From Spongospora subterranea f. sp. subterranea (taxonomy: Eukaryota): a DNA stretch of 64,000 nt. The stretch spans positions 1 through 64,000 of the forward strand of contig JAUGWO010000101.1 in the NCBI GenBank assembly GCA_049724395.1, in the 5' to 3' direction. Every line of letters starts with the position of its first letter. Position 1 is the first letter of the stretch. The notes under the pieces were generated by a model. The model was not told the origin of the DNA. It made no database searches and was given only the letters and a program-made list of their open reading frames with translations. Shown in pieces: positions 11,101 to 24,071 of this stretch. A program made the translations under genes and the position numbers.

Positions 11101-12299
11101 TGAAGCAGGCTGGACTTGTCTGGAACAATACCATCAATCTATTCATCACCAAAGACCTCGGTTTCAAACGACTCAGTTCTGATGCTTGCGTCTACGTTAT
11201 GCGGTCAACAGAAGATATGATTATCATGTCACTGTCAACTGACGATCTGCTGTTGGCTCACAATTGTCCTGTTCTTGCGGAAGGAATCGTTGCACAACTA
11301 TCAAATCGCTTTCCAATTACGGACCTAGGTGAACCGAAACGGCTACTAGGAATGAGGGTTTCAAGCAGCAACGACGGTATCCTACTTGACCAGGAGACGT
11401 ATATTTTGGAACAATTGTCAAAATTCCAGATGATGGACTGTAAGCCAGTTGACACTCCAGAACAACCAGGATTCTATTTGAACAAGGACATGTGTGCAAC
11501 GAGTGCCGAACAAATGCAAGATATGCAAGGAACACCCTACCGTGAACTAGTTGGAGCTCTGAATTGGATTGCCACGTGCACAAGACCCGATATCTCACAT
11601 GCAGTCTCCTCGTTATGCCGATTTTTGGACAACCCAGGGCAACAACACTGGACTTCTGCGAAACGTGTCCTAAAATATCTCAAGGGGAGCTCTAACTGCG
11701 GACTATTCTTTCAAGCCAAGCAACCTCCGCACTTAATCGCCTTCTCGGACAGTGACTGGGCCGGAGACAAAGATTCCAGAAGATCCACGAGCGGCTATAC
11801 TCTGATGATGTCTGGATCAGCCATTGCCTGGCGAAGTGCATTGCAGAAGATCGTCGCATGTTCGTCAACAGAAGCCGAGTACATTGCACTATCCGAAACA
11901 ATGCGCGAGGTAATATGGATTCGTCAAATGCTGACTGAACTCGGTTTCAGCCAGAAATTAGCCACCCGAGTCTTTGAAGACAACCAAGGATGCATCGCCA
12001 TCAGCAAGAACAGGCGCACCGACAAAAGAACCAAACACATTGATCTGCGCTTTCACTTTTGCCGAGATCAGATTGAACAAGGGACTATTGAGGTAGAGTA
12101 TTGCCCAACAGAATCCATGATCGCGGATGGATTAACGAAGCCAGTGAACGCTCCCAAGTTCAAATGGTGTCGCACAGCCATGGGTATCACAGCCAGCAAG
12201 TTGAGGGGGCGTGTTGAATACAACTTGCCAGCCTCCAGTACGGACATTCTCCAAGAAAGGTGCGTACCCCCAGTCGGCGCAACCACGGCAAATGCATAA
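8140..12299 (+). pseudogene. Copia-3 gag-pol polyprotein with two frameshifts (8140-9420, 9152-11059, 10998-12299)
   Basis: CSYHNSNSHDNAHC, FQSDNGGEY, KARLVVKGYSQ, SLYGLKQAG, SDSDWAGD, RTKHIDLRFHF. Confidence 0.93.
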
Positions 12300-12844
12300 C
12301 ATAAGAGTGACTGTGCGGACTTTGTATTTGGATTATTAGTGCACTCCCCCCTATATTCTCCCACCTATACATGCTATAACCACGCAGTAATAAACCTCAT
12401 TCTACTATTACCTTCACATCGGAGACATTGATTTCCTTTAAGATTGAGGTTTTGTTAGAGAAATTGATGGACAAATCAATTGATGTGGTTGCTTCACCAG
12501 AGTTGAAGTGTAAGGCCAAGTCATATCCCAGGCGTCGGAAACTGAGAGCCCACAGTTAGCCTACGATTTGATTGAAGCAGTGTTGCGATATTATTATGAT
12601 TTTTTTGGTTTAGTGAGTGAAAGTCTCACAGTACCTTGGATGAGGATTCATTCATGGTCTCTAACAAGATAGTCAGTGAGGACTAGATTGATATCAGAAA
12701 CGATATTGATTAGGGAAAGTATAACCTACTTGTAAAAGATTCCTATTTTTTTGCATAATAATTATAGACGCAACCTGGCTTCAGGAAATTTCGGATTTTT
12801 ATCTAAAATTTTCATGGGTGGGGCATTTCTTTGAAAGAAGGAAG

Positions 12845-13063
12845 TGTAACATATGTGTCAACGTATTGACCCTATGTTATAGCCTACGACAGGCTACCCT
12901 ATTGTATTGGATATAGCTGGCAACGGAGTTCCTGACGGACTTTACGGACCAGATATCGGATCTAATACACAGAGAGTATATTGGCTCGGAATAGGAACAT
13001 CTATTGTGTGTAAATAGCATCTATAGTAATCCACCTGAGCAGTGTATACCGATGTATGTTACA
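12845..13063 (+). repeat. Orphan Gypsy-type LTR
   Basis: TGTAACATA...TATGTTACA termini, preceded by purine tract GAAAGAAGGAAG. Its start resembles the LTR at 18404. Confidence 0.7.
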
Positions 13064-16000
13064 GCTTCACGAACTAAACCCACAGATTGATTGAAGGCCC
13101 GTACAATCACCCCACGTTTTCCCATTACCGACAAGAGTGCCCACCTGTATACCGATTGGCCATGGCAACACAATATATATTCGGCAACAATGACATCGAA
13201 ACCGAATGCAGCCTTACTACTCAACAAGTATGGCGAATTCCAGGACGAGTTCAAAAACAAAACGCTGACCAACTGCCCCCACATCGCACATATGATTGCG
13301 CCATCAACTTTAAAGAGGAGACTGGTCCGCTGCCATACAGGAAGGTCTACAAACTCGGCCAGACCAAACAAAAAGTTTTGCGCCAGCACATCGAAGACAA
13401 CCTCAAGAAAGGAGTCATTCGCCACTCCAAATCACCGTTAGGATCACCAATATTCTTTGTAAAGAAGGACAACAGCCTCCGACTATGCGTCGACTATCGC
13501 GATGTCAACAATATAACCAAGAAGGAGCCTTATCCAATTCCTGCTATCCAAAATATTTTAGCCCAACTGTCTTCTGCCAAAATATTCACGAAGATCGATC
13601 TACGAGGCGCTAACAACCTACTCCGAATCAAGGACGGCGACGAGTGGAAGACTGCATGGTGTTGTAAATATGGAAATTTCGAGTATACGGTAATGCCGTT
13701 TGGGCTAATGAACGCTCCTGGTTATTTTCAGAGGTTGATGAACGACGTCCTCCGTGAATACCTGGACAAATTTGTGGTTGTTTACCTCGACGACATTTTG
13801 ATCTACTCGGAGAGCGCGCCGCAGCACGACGTTAATGTTCGATTAGTACTTTCCAAGTTGCGTTCAGCTGGTTTATTTGCAAAACTGGAAAAATGCGTGT
13901 TCGACGCTCAGAAAATCGAAATCCTCGGTTATCTGGTCACCGACAGCAGCATCAAGATGGACCCAAGTAAGGTGGAGACTATCCTCGATTGGGCGACACC
14001 TTCAACAGTCAAGGACGTCCAAAGTTTCCTAGGCTTTGCTAATTTCTGCAGGGAGTTCATCGTAGATTTCGCCAAAATATCTTCACCTTTGACGTCTCTG
14101 ACGAAAAAAGATCAACCATTTGATTGGTCGGCTGCGGCCGAGTCCGCGTTCGGGACCCTGAAACGAGCGTTCACCACAGCGCCTGTTATGAAACATTTTG
14201 ACCCTATCTTACCTATCATCATTGAGACCGATGCGTCAGACTTCGCCCTCGGCGCCGTGATTTCGCAACCGCAAATGGACGGTAAATTACATCCTATTAC
14301 GTTCTATTCGAGAAAATTAACAGTTTCGGAATTGAACTACGATGTCCATGACAAAGAACTACTCGCGATCGTGGTAACGTTTCAAGTGTGGAGACATTTT
14401 TTAGAAGAAGCACAGCACAAAATCATCGTGTACAGCGACCACAAGAATTTGATTTATTTTACCTCGTCCAAGACTCTCAGTCGCCGACAAGCTCGTTGGT
14501 CATCAATGCTCGCTAATATCCGTTCGTCATCGTGCACCGACCTGGTAGTCAATCAGGAAAATCAGATGCGTTGTCGCGGCGTCCCGAATACGAAATTCAA
14601 CCAATCGACCCTATCTGGAAGGTGCAGCGAAGATCTATACTTCAACCGGATCAGCTCTTACCTACTCCTGCAGCTACATTATGTGCCACGATGATTAACC
14701 CTTCTCAATCGATCGAGGAGCGTATCAAACTTAACCAGCAGTCGGACACCTTCGTCCGGGATATCATTTCAAGGCTTCCTGTGACAAGTTTTCGACTCGA
14801 CAACGGCATCCTCTACAAAGAGAAATCGCTGGTAGTGGTGGGAGAAGATTGCAAACTAGACATATTGAAGGCACGTCACGATGCCCCAGCGAGTGGTCAT
14901 TTCGGTATTTCTAAGACACTTAACTCAGTATGACGTACCTACTGGTGGCCTGGAATGTCCAAGTATATTAAAAGGTATGTTATCTCCTGTGAAACATGTG
15001 CTAGAGCAAAGTCCAGTCGCCATCAACCGCACGGTCTACTCTGTTCTTTACCGATCGCAGAGGACATTTGGCGCTCGATTACCATGGACTTCATTGTTAA
15101 ATTGCCGAAGTTTCGGGGGCACGATTCTATCCTGGTGGTGGTAGATCGTTTCTCCAAAATGAGCCATTTTATTCCTTGCACCGAATCGATAAATGGGGCA
15201 GGTCTCGCCGATTTGCTCTTGACGAATGTTTTCAAATTACATGGGTTGCCCGACGAGATCATTTCCGATCGCGGACCCCAGTTCGTCTCGAAATTCTGGA
15301 AACACCTGTTGGCTCGCTTCAAGATTGATCGTAAACTGTCCTCATCGCGACACCCCCAGACGGATGGGCAGACAGAAAGACTAAATCAAGTGTTGGAACA
15401 GTACTTGCGCTGTTACATTAATTTCCAACAAAACAACTGGGTGGATTTGTTACCAGTTGCTGAATTCGCTTACAATAACGCAGAACATTCGGCGACAAAG
15501 ATGACGCCATTTTATGCGGTCTATGGTTTTCACCCCCGTTTCGACGACGCCACATCGTGTTCAGTTGCGAGTCTTCCGTCGGCTGATGAACGAGTAAACC
15601 ACATCAATGAAGTTCGGATGTTCCTCAAGACAGAACTACAACGCGCGGTTCGAGATATGAAACATTTCGCTGATAAGAAACGACTACCTCACCCGAACTA
15701 CAAGGTTGGCGATAAGGTTTGGTTAAAATCGGAGGGTATTTCATCTGGCCGTCCTAGTTCTAAGCTGAGTAGTCGAAGATTGGGGCCGTACTCCATTACA
15801 GAGATGATCAACCCAGTGACCTACAGTTTATCCCTATCACATGACAGTCGGCTCCACAACGCATTCCATGTTGCACTACTGTCCCCACACAAGGAGAACG
15901 AGATCCCAGAGCGCGTTCAATCTCCACCTCCGCCTCTTATCCTTGACTCTGACCACAAGGACCCATTATATATTGTCAATGAGGTACTGGACTCTCGTTG

Positions 16001-16331
16001 GTATAGAAATCAATTGCAGTATCTCCTCGATTGGGAAGGGTATCCGCCGTCAGAGCGATCCTGGGAGCCCGCACGTAACCTTGGTTCCACACCGGCCTTA
16101 AAGGAAACGATTCGTCGGTTTCATGTGGATTACCCGTCCAAGCCGGGCCCTGGCTTAGGAGGGGGTGATGTTAGGAACACTCCCATATATTCCTAACATT
16201 CGCGGCTTCGCCGCAGTTCCGCCGCAGTTTTCGGACAAGAATGACCTCTGCCTGGTCATTCTTGTCAACTCCTTGCATAGTCTGTATTAATACACTTCGG
16301 TTTATTTCAACGGATCTGGTTCCTCCTAACA
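13064..16331 (+). mobile_element. Ty3/Gypsy chromovirus 'Gypsy-A', 5'-truncated (RT-RH-INT-chromodomain plus 3' LTR 16169-16331)
   Basis: LRLCVDYR, VYLDDILI, ETDASDF, SDRGPQF, LGPY, YLLDWEGYPPSERSWEP. PPT GGAGGGGGTGA; LTR TGTTAGGA...TCCTAACA. Frameshifts and a stop are present. Confidence 0.93.
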
Positions 16332-18574
16332 TATACGGTTGAACACATAGCTGGTGAGGAAAACGTCTGGGCAGACTTAATGACCAGATGGGGATCGTCA
16401 AATAAGGATGATTTGACGCTTGATCAGGAGATCACCCAAAACCAAAGGAGGAATGGGATCAGGGTTAATCGCATTGGAATGGAACCAGAATCCAATGAGG
16501 AATCGATTAATATTGGCCAATATAGGGTCAGGCCAATGGATGAGCGAACGTTTGTGTTCCCTAATGAACAGGAAATAGGCACAGAACAAACTAATAAGCT
16601 AACGGAAATGGAACAGGAAAACCTTAGACAAATTAACGGATTGTTTGTGAATGATCAGGGACAGATTATTATTCCGTCTGGTCGGGATTTAAGGTTAAGG
16701 ATATGTGTTATTGCACATATGGGTGCACGTAATGATCATAATGGAATCAATTCGACGGCACAATTGATCAAGGAACGGTTTTACTGGACCAATATGATCG
16801 AGGACGTGAGGACTATCTGCAAGGAATGCTTGCATTGCGTTCCCAGCAGAGGTGGTGAGCAGGTGCCACGACCACTAGGAGAAGCATGTCATGGATGCAG
16901 ACCTAATCAAGTATTACACTTTGACTACCTGTATATGATGCTGCTTAAGGAGGGTGCATATCATGATTTTCAATGGCTATTAGTAATCAGGGATGATGTG
17001 CCAGGATTGGTGCATATGACGCCTGTCAATACACCAGACACAGATGCGACAGTGGATGCACTAATGGAATGGAGATCCAAATTTGGGACTCCAGAGGTGT
17101 TTGTTTCGGATCAGACATCATTCTTTATGTCGGAAATCATGAGGGGATTTGCAGCAAAATGTGGTGTGGAACAGCATTGGACTACTGCCTACATACATTA
17201 CCCGAATGGATCCATCGAGGTAATCAACAAACTGATATCATCTGCATTCAGATGTGTTATATCAGAGTTGAGATGGAATAAGGAAGATTGGCCATGGCTG
17301 ATCAAGGCGATTGAGCATGGGCTTAATCATAAACCACAGAAACGGTTGGGTTGGAGAGCGCCAGTTACGGTTCATACTGGAGGCCAAGGCAGATAATCCA
17401 GTGGAACTAATATTTAAGAAACCTGGGACAGGTGTGGAACACATCAATGATATATCATTGAATAGTGGGCAAATAGGGATCATGGTAGAGCAATTGCAGG
17501 TGCAACTAGCTCAAATGCATAAGGAAGTGCTGGGAGTGACAAATTCTGAGAGGCATCAGAAGAGGAATAAGGCATCAACTGGAAGATTGAAACCTAATTT
17601 CGAGGATTGGCGATTATGTATTAACCAGTCCTAATGTCACAAAATCAGGCGAGAAACTATATTTGAAATGGAAGGGACCATATCAGATTATAGAATCAAA
17701 AAAAGGATACGTATTCAAGGTTAGGAACCTGATTACGGATATGACGTCTATCGTACATGGAGATCGCATAAGGTTCTATGCAGATCAAAACCTTAACGTC
17801 ACGGAAGAGATGAAAACTGAGTTTTCATTTGACAATGCAACATTTGAGGCAGAAAGGATTCTGAAAGTCAGATTGGATCAGGAAACCCAGCAATTACAAG
17901 GATTTCCAAATGGCTAGGATTTTCTGAGTCGGAGAACTCATGGGAACCACTGATTACCCTCAAGAATGATGCACCAACATTGATAACGGAATTTATTCAG
18001 GTAAATAGGGATCATCCGTTATTAGACGCCATCAACGGAATGATGGATGTCAGGACGCCTAACAATTGGCAGGAACCGATCAGATTTCATGGAAAAAGGC
18101 GAGGAAACCAGTGAAGCGGCGAGGTCGCCAATAGTAGCTGGGATGTGGTGGCAAGGCTTTTTATAGTATATGTAGGTTTTAGTGGATGAAAGCTCCACAG
18201 TACCTTACGCGCTGGAGTGCGTATGGTCTCTGACATGTTGATCGGGTGATCAATGTTAGCCTGGGGTTGGCTAACCGGGAAAACAAATAACCCGATGTGA
18301 AAGATTTCCTACAGTTTTTTTTTTCCACTTGCACACACACATGGAATTGGTCATTATGATGAGAAGGCAGCTCAAAGAAAGGCACTTTTCTGGGAGAGGG
18401 AAGTGTAGCATATGGGAATAATCAATCCTTGGGCATAAGGATTAATCACCCCCTAATGCCATGAAGTGCGCCACGGCCTCATCTACTGCGTGAGTCAAGC
18501 AGGATTACTCGACTCCAGGGAATGGCTAATACACACATTGAATTTGGAACGGATTCCAGCGTGGAAACGCTACA
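16332..18574 (+). mobile_element. Ty3/Gypsy 'Gypsy-B' 3' half (integrase, GPY/F motif, degenerate chromodomain) plus LTR 18404-18574
   Basis: Integrase zinc finger H..H..CKECLHC, LHFDYL, VSDQ, NGSIE, KWKGPY. PPT GGGAGAGGGAAG; LTR TGTAGC...GCTACA. Confidence 0.88.
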
Positions 18575-19231
18575 AAGATCTTTTCGCAAAAACATTTGCA
18601 TCTGCATTTGATTCGCGTTTGGCGTCTAAACAATGACTGTCACAATGATAGTTGATGAGGAGAGGGCTGAAGTGGGTGCTGGAAGCCCCATTAATCTGGG
18701 TGACGATCCGGAGGCGAGCTCTGTCAACTATCAGAATGGGAAGGGAAGTGATGGTCATCGAGTCCGAGGTCGGGCTGGTGACATCATGGAAACCATTGCC
18801 GCGCCAAGGTTGGCCGGAATGCAGAGGAACCATTTGGTGAAGTTCCTGGAGGAACTGGAAAGATATGATTTACACCTTGCGGAATGGAACCAGAATCCAA
18901 TGAGGAATCGATTAATATTGGCCAATATAGGGTCAGGCCAATGGATGAGCGAACGTTTGTGTTCCCTAATGAACAGGAAATAGGCAAAGAACAACGGAAA
19001 TGGAACAGGAAAACCTTAGACAAACTAACGGATTGTTTGTGAATGATCAGGGACAGATTGTTATTCCGTCTGGTAGTCGGGATTTAAGGTTAAGGATATG
19101 TGTTATTGCACATATGGGTGCACGTAATGGTCATAATGGAATCAATTCGACGGCACAATTGATTAAGGAACGGTTTTACTGGACCGATATGATCGAGGAC
19201 GTGAAGACTATCTGCAAGGAATGCTTGCATT
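18575..19231 (+). mobile_element. Second, internally deleted Gypsy-B unit (gag start joined to an integrase fragment)
   Basis: An ORF starts at 18633 after the LTR; 18881-19230 duplicates ~16476-16835. Confidence 0.8.
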
Positions 19232-19718
19232 TGTTATGGGACGAACAGATCCTCTGATATAATCACGTGTGTATTAATACAGGCGAAGCAAAGAGTTGAC
19301 AAGAATGACCAGCCAGAGGTCATTCTTGTCGGAAAACTTCGGCGGAACTGCGGCGAAGCCGCGAATGTTAGGAATATATGGGAGTGTTCCTAACATCACC
19401 CCCTCCTTAAGCCAGGGCCCGGCTTGGACGGGTAATCCACATGAAACCGACGAATCGTTTCCTTTAAGGCCGGTGTGGAACCAAGGTTACGTGCGGGCTC
19501 CCACAATCGCTCTGACGGCGGATACCCTTCCCAATCGAGGAGATAAAGCAACTGATTTCTATACCAACGAGAGTCCAGTACCTCATTGACAATATAAAAT
19601 GGGTCCTTGTGGTCAGAGTCAAGGATAAGAGGCGGAGGTGGAGATTGAACGCGCTCTGGGATCTCGTTCTCCTTGTGTGGGGACAGTAGTGCAACATGGA
19701 ATGCGTTGTGGAGCCGAC
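19232..19718 (-). mobile_element. Inverted Gypsy-A 3' fragment (LTR 19232-19395, PPT, chromodomain)
   Basis: Reverse complement of ~15843-16331. Confidence 0.9.
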
Positions 19719-22700
19719 TGTCAGGAATGTTAATACAAACGATGTTAATAGTAAAGACGTTGTCAAAAACTGAGCATTTGCCCAGTTCGGACAGTACGCT
19801 TCAATTTTCGAGAATTAATGATATACATTGTCAGTAGTATGGTCTGTCTGGTCGTCGTACGGTCGTGACAGTATCCCCCCTTTCGGCCGCGGTGCCTCAG
19901 GATGAGTCTGATGAAATTGAACAATACAATCCTTTAAAGCGGGTGTGGCGGAAAGGAGTAGCGATGATGAGGGTTCCCAAGTACGATCCGAGACGTCGAA
20001 ACCCTTCCAGTCTACCAGATACTGGTGTTGACCACGTATGAGTCGCGAAGCAATTATATCTTCAACCTCATAAAGAGGTTGTTGGCTATCATCCAAGGTA
20101 AACGATGGTGGTTTACATTGTTTGCGACCAGGCAGTTGATTCTCGATATAGGGCTCTAGTAGCGACAATGAAAAACGCGGTGCAATCTGGAGTCTTTCGG
20201 AAGATCAAGCTCATAGGCAACAGGGTTAACTATTCGAACAATAATGAAAGCGGCCTAACCGCTTCTCAGAAAGCTTGTCACAGGGCCTCTTTGAAGGGAT
20301 CGAATCGCGAATTAACCATACCTTATCGCCAATGAGAAATTCGTGATGTGCTCGACGTTTCCTATCGGCAAAACGCTTCATACTATCCACAGATTTCCGT
20401 AAGGTCGATTGAAGACGAGTATGAACATCGTGAAGGTGGGAGATCAACTCCACAGTGGAAGGGTTTGGACATGATCCACTACTTGGAACTCGCAAATCAT
20501 GCCGAACGTGGAATCCATAATTCGCGTAGAAAGGAGACATTCCAGTTGAAGAATGGAAAGAATTGTTGTACGCGAATTCAGCCATGGGTAGAATATCCAC
20601 CCAGTCGTTTTGACGATAGCTAATAAAACAACGCAAGTATGATTCGAGAACCTGATTTACTCGCTCTGTTTGACCGTCTGATTCAGGATGACGTGACGAG
20701 GAGAGATTCCGTTGAATATGTAAGGACTTCAGAAGATGCTTCCAGAATTGGGCAACGAACTGGGGCCCTCTATCAGACACAATATCAGTCGGAAGACCGT
20801 GTAACTTAAAAATGTTGGCGAAAACTAGATTAGCCAGATCACAACTGGTAATGGTTTCATTGCATGGGATGAAATGAGCCATTTTTGTGTATCGGTCAAC
20901 CACCACCAGTATGCTGTCAAAACCTGCGGATTTAGGAAGTTTAACAATGAAATCCATAGAAATTGATGACCATGGGTGAGAGGGAATGGGAAGCGGGAGT
21001 AATAAACCCGAGGGCTTGCGGCGAGGAACTTTCGAACGCGCACAGACGTCACAAGATCGAACGAAAGACTTGACCATCGAGCGCATGCCTGGCCACGTAA
21101 ACTGCCTGGCAATTAACTCATACGTCTTAGTGATGCCGAAATGACCAGCTAACGGAGAATCATGGCAAGAGGATAGAATTTGTAATTGCTTTGTTTTGTC
21201 GTCGACGCGCTCAGGTTCCAATGGGCACAGAGTCATCGCATTGACGAAGCGCGAATTTGGCAATACGGGTTGTTGAAGATTGCGATCGGAACTCTCAGCA
21301 AAGTCAGGGCGACGTGACAATGCATCTGGCTTTTGAGAAAGGGACCCTGGCCGATGGCGAATGACAAAATCAAATTCTGACAGAAATAATGACCATCGCG
21401 CTTGGCGACGATTCAACAGCTTTGACGTCATAAACCACTCGAGATTCTTATGGTCGCTCAATACCAGTATTTGAGAAGTAGCACCATCCAGATAGTGGCG
21501 CCAGGTTTGAAAGGAAGTGACAATTGACAACAATTCCTTGTCGTAAATCTCATAATTTAACTCAGCAGGAGTGAATTTACGGGAGTAGTAAGCTACAGGA
21601 TGTAAGCCATCTGAGTGCTGTTGAGACAATATAGCGCCCAGAGCAAAATCAGATGCATCGGCTTCAACTATAATGTCCAACGTGGGATCAAAATGGCGTA
21701 GAACTGGCGCCGAGACGAACGCAGACTTCAAAGATTGAAATGACGTTGCGGTATTGGAACTCCACTCATAAGGAACGTTCTTCTTAGTTAATGAGAATAA
21801 AGGATGAGTAATGCGAGAATAATTTTGGATAAAAGCGCGGTAGAAATTTGCGAACCCCAAGAACGACTGAAGTTCCTTGACTGACTGAGGAACTGGCCAC
21901 GACAGGATGGCAGATATACGCTCTGGATCCATCAATAACCCGCCAGATGACAAGCGGAACCCCAGAAAATCAATCTCAGTAACGTGAAAATCACATTTAC
22001 TAAGTTTGGCAAACAGGTTGTGCTTGCGAAGAATCCGGAGAACCGTTTGAACATGTTGAACATGTTCGTCGATGTTGGGGGAAAATATCAAGATGTCGTC
22101 TAAGTACACAACAACGAATCGATCAATGCAATCATGTAGAATGTCATTCATAAATCGTTGGAAACAAGCAGGTGCATTGGCTAAACCAAAAGGCATCACC
22201 AGGTACTCAAACAGACCGAATTTTGTCCGAAAGGCTGTCTTCCATTCGTCGCCTTCTCTGATGCGAACGAGGTTATATGCATTTCGAAGGTCAATTTTAG
22301 AAAACACTCTTCCGGATTGAACACTGGACAAAATAGCGCTGATAAGGGGAAGGGGGTACCGATTCTTGATAGTAATGGAATTGATTCGCCGATAATCAAC
22401 ACATAACCGAAGAGACTTGTCCTTCTTCTCGACAAACATTACCGGCGAACTGCAAGAAGAAGATGAGGGCCGAATAAATCCTTTACGTAGATTATCGTCA
22501 ATGTACTCGCGCAGAGCAGCGGTTTCGGGAATGGACAGCTGATAAATTGGACCGAACGGAGGCAGTGAACCAGGCTCCAGATCGATCGAGCAATCATACG
22601 TGCGATGTGGCGGGAGCGAATCTGCTTGTTTGTCATCGAAAACGTCGGAGAATTGGATGTATGAATCCGACAGCATAGAAGCGGATGAGATGGAAGGTAC

Positions 22701-23156
22701 GGATTCTGAGGTGACGGCTGTTTCGGAGGTGTTGACGGTCTGTGTCGCGAGTGAATGCACAACACACGGAAATCGAAGGGAGCGGGATATCCAATCGACA
22801 GTTGGATTGTGTTTCACCAACCACGAATAGCCTAGAAGAATAGGGAATGTTAAGTTGTTGACAATCAGGAAGGAAGTGTTGCAGGAGAACCCATCCACTT
22901 GCAAACGGATGGTTTCCGATTCTTTACCAATCTCAACCTGATGGCGATTGAAACTAGAGACTGTTATGGGCGTGTGAGTAGGTTGGATAGGTATATTGTC
23001 GTTTGGTAGCGAATGCGGCGTCCATTAAATTTGTGCAAGCCCCGCTATCCAATAACAGATCAGTACTACTGTGAATCGCAACACCGTCTGGAGACAAAAT
23101 GGAGAACGGAAACGTACAAGCCGACGAAAACCGAGCGTAAATCGAATTTGAAGCAA
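19719..23156 (-). mobile_element. Ty3/Gypsy chromovirus 'Gypsy-C', 5'-truncated (PR-RT-RH-INT-chromodomain; 3' LTR 19719-19870)
   Basis: LLDSGACTN near 23040, 892-aa pol ORF, chromodomain YLVDWKGFDVSDRTWEP, PPT AAAGGGGGGATAC, LTR TGTCA...TGACA. Confidence 0.93.
20226..22904 (-). CDS. Gypsy-C Pol (RT, RNase H, integrase), main ORF; protease and chromodomain lie in other frames
   Basis: LRLCVDYR, VYLDDILI, EADASDF, SDHKNL, SMDFIVKLP, SDRGPQF, DGQTER. Confidence 0.92.
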   Translation of the reverse strand: MQVDGFSCNTSFLIVNNLTFPILLGYSWLVKHNPTVDWISRSLRFPCVVHSLATQTVNTSETAVTSESVPSISSASMLSDSYIQFSDVFDDKQADSLPPHRTYDCSIDLEPGSLPPFGPIYQLSIPETAALREYIDDNLRKGFIRPSSSSCSSPVMFVEKKDKSLRLCVDYRRINSITIKNRYPLPLISAILSSVQSGRVFSKIDLRNAYNLVRIREGDEWKTAFRTKFGLFEYLVMPFGLANAPACFQRFMNDILHDCIDRFVVVYLDDILIFSPNIDEHVQHVQTVLRILRKHNLFAKLSKCDFHVTEIDFLGFRLSSGGLLMDPERISAILSWPVPQSVKELQSFLGFANFYRAFIQNYSRITHPLFSLTKKNVPYEWSSNTATSFQSLKSAFVSAPVLRHFDPTLDIIVEADASDFALGAILSQQHSDGLHPVAYYSRKFTPAELNYEIYDKELLSIVTSFQTWRHYLDGATSQILVLSDHKNLEWFMTSKLLNRRQARWSLFLSEFDFVIRHRPGSLSQKPDALSRRPDFAESSDRNLQQPVLPNSRFVNAMTLCPLEPERVDDKTKQLQILSSCHDSPLAGHFGITKTYELIARQFTWPGMRSMVKSFVRSCDVCARSKVPRRKPSGLLLPLPIPSHPWSSISMDFIVKLPKSAGFDSILVVVDRYTKMAHFIPCNETITSCDLANLVFANIFKLHGLPTDIVSDRGPQFVAQFWKHLLKSLHIQRNLSSSRHPESDGQTERVNQVLESYLRCFISYRQNDWVDILPMAEFAYNNSFHSSTGMSPFYANYGFHVRHDLRVPSSGSCPNPSTVELISHLHDVHTRLQSTLRKSVDSMKRFADRKRRAHHEFLIGDKVWLIRDSIPSKRPCDKLSEKRLGRFHYCSNS

Positions 23157-24071
23157 TGTTGATGATGGCCTTGTGCCATCATAGTACCTGTTTTGGGTCA
23201 GTTGGTAACTGTGTATCTCGGGCGCAGTTCCTAACAGTATGATGGCTATCAAGGTCGTTAGTTCGATTTCCTTAGTGTTCACAGCATTTTGGGGTCACTC
23301 GCGGCTTACATGTAACGGCATGGGGGTTGCCTTATATACCTTTCGTGGTCAGACTTCCCCGCCTGACTGGATTGTTCGTCTTCTTCCTTCTCTCTCAACT
23401 GTCTTATATCGTTTCTATGCTCACCAGTCAGAGGATAATCTAGGAAGTCGCACGGGGGCTGGAAGGTCATGGGGGTCGCTCCTAAACAGGGGGATACTGT
23501 CATGATCCAAAAATCTTAGGTATATAAGGACCCGAGAATGATGGCCTTGTGCCATCATAGTACCTTTTGGAATTGTTGGTAACTGTGTATCTTGGTCGCA
23601 GTCAACCTAACTTGTCCATCATTCTCGGGTCATTATATACCTAAGACTTTTGGATCATGACCCATCCCCCTGCGCAGGAGCGACCCCCATGACCTTCCAG
23701 CCCCCGTCGCGACTTCCAATTATCCTCTGACTGGTGAGCATAGAAACGATATAAGACAGTTGAGAGAGAAGGAAGAAGACGAACAATCCAGTCAGGCGGG
23801 GAAGTCTGACCATAAAAGGTATATAAGGCAACCCCCGTGCCGTTACATGTAAGCCGCGAGTGACCCCAAAATGCTTGAGTGTCTTTGGAACTCACGACCT
23901 TGATAGCCATCTGTGCTGTTAGACCTGCGCCCAGATACCTTACCAACTGACCGAAAAGGTACTATGATGGCACAAGGCCATCATTCTCGGGGTCCTTATA
24001 TACCTAAGACTTTTGGATCACGACATTTTGGGTCAGTTGGTAACTGTGTATCTCGGGCGCAGTTCCTAACA
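23157..24071. mobile_element. Inverted dimer of a small non-autonomous LTR element (TRIM-like; ~114-bp LTR, ~260-bp internal region)
   Basis: Plus copy LTR-PBS-internal-PPT-LTR at 23157-23611, minus copy at 23616-24025, LTR 3' piece at 24026-24071. Confidence 0.82.

Larger units (their letters stand above)
7659..12440 (+). mobile_element. Full-length Ty1/Copia element 'Copia-3' with 229-bp LTRs (7659-7887, 12212-12440)
   Basis: LTRs differ at one visible position. PBS at 7888, PPT GAGGGGGCG before 12212, complete Gag-PR-INT-RT-RH. Confidence 0.95.
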
